Shown: positions 54,036-64,000 of the stretch, piece after piece
How positions within the stretch are numbered: the stretch's first letter is position 1
Layout of the letters: the number at the start of each line of letters is the position of its first letter
Origin: Octopus vulgaris
Lineage: Eukaryota
NCBI GenBank assembly: GCA_951406725.2
Contig: OX597836.1
Span: forward strand, 27,218,001 to 27,282,000
Direction of reading: 5' to 3'
DNA length: 64,000 bases
Notes under the pieces: model-generated
Database searches by the model: none
Seen by the model: only the letters and a program-made list of their open reading frames with translations
Told to the model about the DNA's origin: nothing
Position numbers and translations under genes: made by a program

Positions 54036-54040
<5 letters not shown>
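53296..54040 (+). pseudogene. maT (DD37D) transposon 3' half with TIR and an inserted SINE
   Basis: GRPYVFQQD-37 aa-D (WPPNFSGLNPLDYYVW) with internal stops. Ends ...GCACCCTG|TA. The SINE is flanked by attatataag. Confidence 0.88.
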
Positions 54041-54072
<32 letters not shown>

Positions 54073-54092
54073 CTTGATGTGTGTAAGAGGGC

Positions 54093-54154
<62 letters not shown>

Positions 54155-54822
54155 TATAAAATATGTACTCTGCAAAAAGTATTAAATGATATCTTCAGTT
54201 CCATGTTAAACTGTTTTTATCATAACTTGACATAAGAAGTGTGTGTGTGTGTGTCCCCAAAATTCTCCTTCTTCTTAATATACAATATCTGTACACCACT
54301 TCAAACACTCTGTAGATATACATGTGTGAGTGTGTGTGAGTGAGTGCACAGTCTCTCCTTCACACACACACACACACACACATACACAATCCTCATTGTT
54401 TACATGACACTTCTGGGTTGGTGCAGTAAAACTGGTTCAGCTGAAGACAAATACCTGGTGTTATGTAGGGAAAAGTGGGTTTGCAATGAAGTTGTTGAGT
54501 GACGAAGAAATGGTGTTTGATTGAAAGTAGATACTTGATGGGTGTGAGAGGGCAGTAAAATTGGTAGTGTTAAAAAACTAGTTTGCTGGAGATGCAAACA
54601 CTTAGATTTATCCGTGAGGCTATGAAGTTACTGATGATGTTACACAGAGCAAGTATTTGTATTTGTATGTATGGACAATTATATCAGTGTATGGGGCAAC
54701 AATGAAATATTACAGCTGGGCTAGAAAGCTGAGAGATAGGGGGAATAGATAGATAGATAGACAGAGAGAGAAAGAGAGAGAGAGTGAGAGAGAGATGGGG
54801 GAATAGACAGATAGAGAAATAA

Positions 54823-54861
<39 letters not shown>

Positions 54862-55082
54862 TGTTTCTTTATTAGCCACACAGGGCTGCACACAGACGGG
54901 ACAGATTACAAAGTAGAGCTTTTCTTTTTTGGGTAAAGAAAAAGAAAAAAGCGGGGTAGGTTTTCGATCAAAAGGGATCATAAAAGGGAAAGAAGGAAAA
55001 AAAAAGGAAAAGAAACAAAAGAAAAAAAAAGAAAACGATCAATAGGGATCGTGTGTCACAGTGTCATGACAGAGATAGATAG

Positions 55083-55148
<66 letters not shown>

Positions 55149-55370
55149 GGGATAAAGAGAAAGAGAAACATAGATAAAGAGAGAGAGAGAAAGATAGATT
55201 TATAGAGAGAGGAAGAGAAAGGTACCACTCTGTTAAGTAGCTGGTGTTAGGAAGGGCATCAAGCCATAGAAACCAAGCCAAAGTAGACAGCAGGGCTTGG
55301 TATAGTACCTCTGGCTGGTTTGCCAGCTATTGTCGAAGTACCCAGCCCATAGCAGCATGGAAAACAGATG

Positions 55371-55418
<48 letters not shown>

Positions 55419-56083
55419 AAATAATTATATAGCAATTTTATAAAGGAAAAAATATCTATATTATCTATTAAAGTATCTATAATTGTAAATATAATTTTCT
55501 ATAAATAATTATATTGTGCTTTTATCTAATCTATGCTCCTGATATGAATGTTGTTCATTTAATGTTGCTATACTGCACTAAAGAGTAAGTTTATCTATAA
55601 ATGACCAACACCGCAGAAACCATGGAACCCGACGTCAATACTGCACGATCATGTCCCATGCCATTGAGAGCTTATGGTGTGGGGCAGGGCTGTGAGAAGT
55701 GAACATGGGGGTGGACAGATTGCTATACTTAATTAAATTCAGTTGGCAATCATTATATCCAACTTAATGTGGATGTCTTGTCACAACACTATACTGTATT
55801 AATTAGCCTTGAAAGATCCTCTCGTTTAGGTGTTTGGAGTATAGAGGTACACACATGGATCGCAGCAAATGAGAATCATCTACTATGGGATTTCAGCCGA
55901 CCTGTTGCTAATAATTCAGAGAGGATGCTAATATTCTATATCATGTCCAGTAAGCTCTTCATCATCAATTCACAGCACCCCCTCAAACATGTGACACCCA
56001 TTCATTCGTCCAATGGTCCTTCAAAGAGACCCATAACTTTCTCCTATACCACATTTCAAGTGCATTGATTATGGTCCCTTTAA

Positions 56084-56304
56084 CCCTTTAGAGTTCAGAT
56101 TATTCTGTCAAATGTGATGCTTGTTTATTTAAAATGGTTTGAATTAATCATTCATTACCTTGTACTTTAGAGATTTCAGTGATATGATTTTTTTATTTCT
56201 AGAATGACATGGTAGGGCTGAGGTGAGAGGCGAGATCTGGTCAGTTTCAATATAAAACAGGTTAAATATTTTAGCCAGATATGGCCGGTTTGAATGCTAA
56301 AGGG
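56084..56304. mobile_element. TTAA MITE family B
   Basis: TTAA|CCCTTTAG...CTAAAGGG|TTAA. Confidence 0.85.
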
Positions 56305-56564
56305 TTAAATTTGTTCAGAATCTATGCTTCATAACCACAAATGCCTGTTGGCCAAACGCGCACTTGCACTAGCCATTTTTTTTTTAGCTTAGTTGGGACA
56401 CTTTTGTTGGTCCAGATGTTATTAAGCTTTATCCATGGATGTTCTTGCCCATGGTCAGCCGTGTCCTAATTTCTTTCTTAGGAGCACTCGCAACACACAT
56501 GCACACACCACCACCACAAAACAACTGCATAACCATCATCTTCCAACATCAGACCATAACCTGT

Positions 56565-56814
56565 GAAAGGTAGGAGAGTCCAGTTTGCTGGACATTGTTG
56601 TAGAGCTGAAAAAGAAGTAATTTCTACTCTTCTCCTCTGGAAGCCATCTACTCGCAATACCAGAGGGCGCACACTCTCCTACCCTGATGTAATCTCCAGG
56701 GATACAGGCATCCAGCAACAGGACCTCCGTAATGCCATGATGGACTGTGAAGTCTGGCGTAGCATGGTAAATTCCATTGTCTCGACCACGGTCGAACAAT
56801 GATGATGAATGATG
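56565..56814 (+). mobile_element. RTE/RTE-X-like LINE 3' fragment, copy 2
   Basis: About two substitutions relative to 13010-13260. 9-bp TSD ataacctgt (56556-64 and 56815-23). Confidence 0.85.
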
Positions 56815-57864
56815 ATAACCTGTAACAACAACAACAACACCACCACCACCACCAACAACAACAACAGCACAAGAGTCCCAAACTGCCACCAGATGGACAA
56901 CATGCCTCAGATGTAAAATAGCCAGCCCTATTAACGATCAAGCTGATTAATTAAATTGTTAATTGAAATCTGATGAAATATCTTTTACATTAGCCAAGTC
57001 CCCCCTGCCCCCCCCGCTCTCTCTCACTCACATACACAATACACCCCTCTCACTTCTTCATCCCCCCTTCTCATTCATATACAAACAATACTCCCTCTCA
57101 CTTCTTTTTTTCTCTCTCTCTCTCTACTTCTCTCCCACCCTTTCTAACTTTCTAATGTTCTTGCTCTCTCTCATTCTCTCTCTCTCTTTCACCATTATTA
57201 CAACCTTCATTCTTTTCTACTTCTCTCATTCAACTCACCCAGAACAATTCTTTCTTCCCTCCCCTCCTCTTCCACTACTACCACTACCTCACCACTCCCA
57301 CCTACCCTTAGTACTCTGTCTCTCTCTCTCTCTCTGACAAATCATTATTTACTCTTTCTCTCACTCTCCCAACCATTTCCTTACCTCTCTTTTGCTTTCA
57401 GTTCCTTATCACTCTCATATATTCTTCTCTCTCTCTCTCTCTCCCTCTCGAACACACACACATTTAACATTATCTGGGTAATAAAGCTTCTAGCATGCTT
57501 TCCAAAGCTCCTGTAGCCAACAGCTATATATAGGAGTGGCTGTGTGATAAGAAGCTTGCTTCACAACCACATGGTTCCGGGTTCAGTCCCACTGCATGGC
57601 ACCTTGGGCAAGTGTCTTCCGCTATAGCCTCAGGCCGACCAAAGCCTTGAGAGTGAATTTGGTAGACTGAAACTGAAAGTAGCCCGTCGTGTATATATAT
57701 GTGTGTGTGTCTATGTTTGTCCCCCCTACCATCACTTGACAACTGATTTTGGTGTGATTATGTCCCTGTAACTTAGCAGTTTGGCAAAAGAAACCGATAG
57801 AATAAGTGCTAGGCATACAAAGGATAAGTCCTGTGGTCGATTTGTTTGACTATAGGCGGAAGAG

Positions 57865-58236
57865 TATAACCACTGGCTAGGCACACCACCACTATTCCCA
57901 TCCTCCTCCCCGATTCACCCCTCTTCCTCCTCTCTGAAGAAGAGGGGCGAATCGGGGAGGAGGAAGGGGGGTGAATCGGGGAGGAGGAAGAGGGGCGAAT
58001 TGGGGAGGAGGAAGAGGGGTGAATCAGGGAGGAGGAAGAGGGGGTGAATCAGGGGGGAGGAAGAGGGGTGAATCGGGGAGGAGGAAGAGGAGGTAATTGG
58101 GAAGGAGGAAGAGGGCGAATTGGGGAGGAGGAAGAAGAGGGAATTGGGAGGAAGAGGGATGAATCGGAGGGGAGGAAGTGGGGTGAATCGGGGAGGAGGA
58201 TGGGAATAGTGATGGTGTGCCTAGCCAGTGGTTATA
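57865..58236. mobile_element. Foldback-type element with ~65-bp TIRs and a G-rich 24-bp internal minisatellite
   Basis: tataaccactggctaggcacacca...cttcctcc is mirrored at the right end. Repeat unit GAATCGGGGAGGAGGAAGAGGGGY. Confidence 0.85.
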
Positions 58237-58617
58237 TTTAGATTTGTGGTTCTCAACCGTTTCCCTTTTTTTTTTAAAACTTATGGATCCCTTTAGTACT
58301 CATCCACCCCACAATCATTCGCAGTTTTAAAAACTGGTGTCATGGATACTTCTTTCAAAATTTCCATTTTGTGAATCCCCACATTCACTTGTGTAGGTTT
58401 GCAACAGAACTTGCTGAGAGAACATGTTTCAACAGCCAGAAACATGTTGCATTATGTAAAACATGAGGGAAAGAAATTGAGGTCTTGCTTAAGTAGCTTG
58501 CTTACCAACCACATGGTTCCGGGTTCAGTCTCACTGTGTGGCACCTTGGGCAATTGCCTTCTACTATAGTTTCGGGCCGACTAAAGCCTTGTGCGGGGAT
58601 TTGGTAGACGGAAGCTC

Positions 58618-58680
<63 letters not shown>

Positions 58681-59553
58681 ATATGTTTGTGTGTCTGTGT
58701 CCCCCTAACATCACTTGACAACCGATGTTGGTGTGTTTATGTCCCTGTAACTTACCAATTCGGCAAAAGAAACCGATAGAATAAGTACTAGGCTTACAAA
58801 GAATAAGTCCTGGATTTCAAAGAGGTTTGGCTGCTATATCTAGCAGGTTGAGTGGCCCCCCACATACAGGTGCCACATCAGAATGTGAAGGTGGTAGTTG
58901 ACTTGATGCAGATCAGTTGACGGCAGTTGACTTAAATGACAGCAGTTGACATAGATGGCAGTAATTGACACAGATGGCAGCGGTCGATTTAACAATGATG
59001 TAAAGCAGAATGGTGATTGTAGAAAGGGACATTAGAAACAGCAGCAGCAGTAGCAGTAGTAGTAGTAGTAGTAGTAGAAAGCAGCCTTAGTTGTAGCAGC
59101 AGTGACAGTGTATTGGTACCAGGAGTAGTGGTGGTGGTGGTAGTAGTGGCAGCTTAAACAGTAGTTGCTGTTGTAGGCGCCTATTAAAGGCAATGTGTGT
59201 GTGGGGGGGAGGTGATGGTAGTTGTTGTTGTCATGGGCAACAATGACGAGGTAGTGATGGGTGGAGTGGGGTTGGCAATGGTGATGGCGGTGGTGTAATG
59301 GTGATCCTAATGTTCTCTAATTGCATTCCAATCAGCAGAAATGAATAAAACAAGTCGTTAATTAAATGAGTAATTAACACAGCAAAGCTGTTAGGGGAGA
59401 ATTAATTAATGAGGGTTATTTTTGAGGATACATCAACATGTTTGGGTATATATATATAAAAACAACATAGCTGTATACTCATATATATGTGTGTGTATAT
59501 ATGTATATATATGTGTGTGTGTATATATATATAGATGTGTGTGTATATATATA

Positions 59554-59606
<53 letters not shown>

Positions 59607-59799
59607 ATATATATATATATATACATATATAGATGTATGCATACACACATATATAGATATATGTACACATGCACACATACTGGGGTAAGCTACTAAAATT
59701 TCAAGACCAGTTTGCTGTGACACATGTTTTAACCATCAATTCTGCAGAAACCATTTTTGCAACTTAGTTATAAAAATATTCTTTGAATATAACATGTTG

Positions 59800-60181
59800 G
59801 TTAGTATAAGTGGAAAGGAACTCGGGGAGAGCGTAACAGCAGGTGCTCCTCAGAGGAGAAACCCCCTTTAGGGAAGTGTTTCAGCCCTTAACTCCCAACA
59901 CTCTAAGGGAGTCGGGCCACATCTGAGTCATGACTCCCAGATGTCCACCTGCTGTCTGTTTTAGTACACCTTAGGTGGGATTGGTTTCTCTGGTTTCCAG
60001 TACTGCTGTGACATGTGCTGCGGCCCTGAGAGGGGCTAAGTACCTGTTTCCAGCTGGGTACACTGGAAAGTGCTCGGATGACCCAGTTGTGAGGGTTCTT
60101 TGTTCTCATGGTCCCAATGGGTTTTGAACTCGGTTCGCCAGCTCCAGAGGCGCAGGCCTACATGACTACGCCAATCTGGCA
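59800..60181 (-). mobile_element. tRNA-derived SINE-like element, single copy in the window
   Basis: A-box-like TGGCGTAGTC, B-box-like GAGTTCAAAACC and a central TACCCAGCTGGAAACAGGTAC. The left boundary is uncertain. Confidence 0.5.
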
Positions 60182-62034
60182 CTCGTTTGAATTGGGGCAA
60201 ATTAAGCCATATGAAGTTGGCCTTTGTTCCTCCTAAACGAGGCTAAAATCTAGAATCCAAGAAAATGGTGAGGTACTGGACAATCGGTGAAGTTTATTTA
60301 CCACAAGGATCAAAGTATAAAATGTTTCTATGATTTGGCCCTTTGTTTGAACTTCAAGCATTGATTTCAAGGGGAAGATATTACGAAGAAGGGAAATTAG
60401 AGGGTGCGAGAAGTTAAGGAGGAGTCGAGAGAGAGAGAGACAGAGACAGTAAGGGAGGGAGAGTTAAGGGGACAGGTTAAAATACAGTGGAAAAATTAGG
60501 GAAACAGAAAAATGGAACAGCACAATATTTAAAACAATCATGTATGAGGTTAAAGCCACTATGGCAAGGTTGTGGGGAGGAATGAATAGAGGTGTGGCAA
60601 GGCTAATATAATATAGATGTGTGTGTGTGCATGCATGATGCCGTTCTTGGGTCTATTGGATTCTGTCAAACTGGACAAACCATCCAGCATGGAACAATGG
60701 ATATTAAATGATGATAATGATGATGATGATGCACATACACACACTCACATAAATGTAAGCATCACCGTCATTTAATGTCCATCTTCCATGCTGGCATGGG
60801 TCGGACAGTTTGACAGGAACTGGCAAGCCAGATGACTGCACCTAACTCTACTGTCTGTTTTGGCATGTCTTTTACGGGTGGATGCCCTTCCTAATGCCCA
60901 CCACAATACAGATTGGACTGGGTGCTTATATGTCCAGCAAAGTATGCTCACCTCATTTCTTTCTGGTCTGCAGCAGCCCTTCGTATTTAGGGCCTACATC
61001 TTGCTACCATGCAGAAAGCAACATACAATGTAACACAGAATTTGAAGAAGAAACCCTTTATTACCAACAGAAATAATAGCTCACTAAACTTTCTCCAGCT
61101 TGTTCTTATTCAGGCCACCACACTCTCAGAACACTTGACCCCACCCTTCCATTATTTCTCATTAGGTCATCTAAGAAAAAAAAAACTAGGGCACCATCTA
61201 GGCATTTGAGGGGATCTATTTCCCAAGCACTCCTAGTGCTTATTGCCCTCGTGCATATAAATCATCTGAAATCTCACCTTCTCTATTAACCTACCTCTGA
61301 TCCAAACTCCATCCTTCATGTGTCCATTATTTACACTGGACAAAGGCAGTGAGTTGGCAGAATCGTTAGTGTGGAATTATTTTTGTTTACATTTTGAACC
61401 ATTTACATGAACTTGAGGGCATCAAAACCTTTTAAGTGCTTAGGGCCTCTCTGAGTCTTAATCTGGTCCTGGTGACAATGCTTGAATGTTAATATGTTTA
61501 CACTATATACTATATTTCTAAGGTGGTGAGCTGCCAGAAACGTTGCCACGACGGGTGAAATGCTTACTCTTTTACTTGTTTCAGTCATTTGACTGTGGCC
61601 ATGCTGGAGCACCGCCTTTAGTCGAAGAAATCAACCACAGGACTTAGTCTTTGTAAGCCTAGTACTTATTCTATTGGTCTCTTTTGCCGAACTGCTAAGT
61701 TACGGGGATGTAAACACACCGGCATCGGTTGTCAAGCGATGTTGGGGGACAAACGCAGACACACACACATATGATGGGCTTCTTTCAGTTTCCATCAACC
61801 AAATCCACTTACAAGGCTTTGGTCGGCCCGAGGCTATAGTAGAAGACACTTGCCCAAGGTGCCACGCAGCGGGACTGAACCCTGTAACATAGTGGTTTGG
61901 CAAGAGACCGATAGAATAAGTACTAGGCTTACAAAGAATAAGTCCAGGGGTCGATTTGCTAGATCAAAGGCAGTGCTCTAGCATGGCCATAGTCAATTGA
62001 CTGAAACAAGTAAAAGAGAGTAACACGTTTATAC

Positions 62035-62700
62035 AGCTCTGTTGAACACCTGAAGGAATTCTGAAAGGATTAGAATTATTGCCCTAACAGTAAACTTTTG
62101 CTCATATAGAGCTGTAATGTCCTCTAATTAGATTCAGCAGGTAATCCACTTGCAATCATGATATCTCAGTATAATGTGGTTGACAGAATTAATGGCAATT
62201 GTGAAATCCTCAAAGACAATGAATTTTTGTTTTAGCTTCAATGCATCATCTGTCCTATGGAAACCAAACTGATTCAGTTATAGACATTGACTACACCATT
62301 ATCATTTAACGTCTGTCTTCCAAGCTGGCATGGGTTGAGAAATCTGCTCAGCAGGATGATATCTTGGCTACAGTGTCTACCACATGGATGCCCCATTAAT
62401 TACAGCATGAATGTTTATCACCCTTCTTAAAAGAAACTAAGAACTACATCCATCATTCCAGTCTTGTAGAAGAGATTCCATGTTCCAGAGCAAGTGATCA
62501 CAAGGAGTAGCCATGGTGCCAAGATAAGAACAGGTTTGAAAACCTTGAAGTGTAGAACATTTTCATCTGGACCCTTCTTCAGATTGTGCATTGTCCCGTG
62601 CACTTCCCTTATGGTTGGTGCATCTGTATTGCATATGTAAAAAATGGTATTTGTGGAGCTTATGCGTGGTCAGTTAGCAGGTGAGTCATTGCTGAGTAGG
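62035..62700 (-). pseudogene. Highly decayed non-LTR reverse transcriptase fragment
   Basis: Ordered remnants across frameshifts: PTIREV, QDW, KKGDKHSCCN*WGI...VAKI, QFGF, FEDFTIAINSVNH, SGVQQ. Confidence 0.7.
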
Positions 62701-64000
62701 ATCACCCGAGCTTGAAATAACTGCCCCCTGGTCGTTTCATTTGCAGTTTGAAAAACTGGCACAATTTTTGTGAGTTTCTGTAGGTGTATCTCCTAAGTTT
62801 AGGGCAACAGTCGGCGTGCGTTAGAGCAATAGTCTGCTTATGTTCATTATGATTAAGTTTGTCTTGAGTGGTTGATAAGTGATAGCCGTGTTAATAGCGG
62901 CCTTCTCAGCAAGTTGCCCTAATATCCAAACTTTTCAATTACACTTAGTAACTAAATCTTAAGTTTTCTGCTTCGATACCCATGACAGCTGGACCATGGA
63001 GTGGGGAAATTATAAGGGATTTTAGGTTATAACGCCATGTTCTTTCACACCCGGATCTATTTAGAGATGTCCGTTAAGTAAGAGGACGCACGGGAGGGAG
63101 TTCTTTGAGTAGCGGAACATGCCATATGGATCGACCATGCCAGAGGAAGGTCAACGTCAGCTGTCCAGTTCTGTAGATACCGATCATATATGCAAGGGTA
63201 CGCCGGAACTGGATGAAAGTTAACTTATATATATATAAATTACACATACACACACACATATGTATGTAAGTATACACACACACACATGTATGTATGTAAG
63301 TATACACACACACATGGCTAATATCTTTTGTCATCTGAAAGAACGCATAGACGCGGGAAACTCCGAGTAGCGACTTCGTCAATCACCAGCTTCCAGTGTC
63401 TATATATCATATATATTTATGGTATATATGTTGCAGTGTGGTCACATTTATAGAAATAACATCAATCTCTACCAGCAGGCATTCATCTACACCAATAAAT
63501 ACATAATGTAATAGAGAAACAGATCTATTTATTTATCTGTATCGGTGCACGCACATACACAAACACACATGCCTATATATATATATATATATATATATAC
63601 ACGCACGCACACATCTGTGCATACACATACACATGCGAGGAACTAAATATACAAACACGGTGTAGGAGGAAACTGTGTCACTGTACATATTTAGAACCGT
63701 CAGTGTCAGCAGCAACAGCAGTCCCCCACCCACCGTTTCCGAGACCATACACACACACACATACATACAATCATAGATTTCAGTATGTGTATGTGAGCGT
63801 GTGTAAACACACACATTCACATACAAATGCACACATATGTGTACAAGTATGCGCGTGTGTAAACATGTGTGTGTGTGTGTGTATGTATGTGTTGATGGAA
63901 GAGATCGTAAAAGAAAAAAAGGAAAAACATTATCATTATCATTACAAGCAGCAGTGGGATAACTTTTATGATGATTGTCAATAACAATAATAGTAAATTA

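Noticed and set aside
63040-63400. CpG-richer segment and 102-aa ORF as a second gene or promoter
   Set aside because: The ORF runs through a microsatellite and has no recognisable domain or coherent splice pattern; left unexplained.

Overview
Eukaryotic, AT-rich DNA dense in microsatellites and SINEs. The repeat families look like those of an octopus or other coleoid cephalopod (inferred, not searched). One protein-coding gene is supported: the translational GTPase GTPBP1 on the minus strand, with 10 coding exons (40449 to 15991). All introns are GT-AG and in phase, and the CDS is 2067 nt (688 aa). The rest is transposon-derived: several tRNA-SINE families, truncated RTE and CR1 LINEs, Tc1, mariner and maT relics, TTAA, hAT and Merlin-type MITEs, Helitron-like ends and minisatellites. 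The most notable unexplained structures are: (1) minimal type I hammerhead-like motifs in five unrelated repeats, in which the core 3-8 pair covaries (C-G, U-A, G-C); (2) a tRNA-headed element with a hammerhead tail; (3) a TSD-flanked foldback element carrying hammerheads; (4) a 144-bp strand-asymmetric hairpin with tandem GA mismatches; (5) multi-level nested insertions. Nearly all ORFs in the supplied track are repeat artefacts. All alignments were done by eye, and comparisons with known proteins are from memory.
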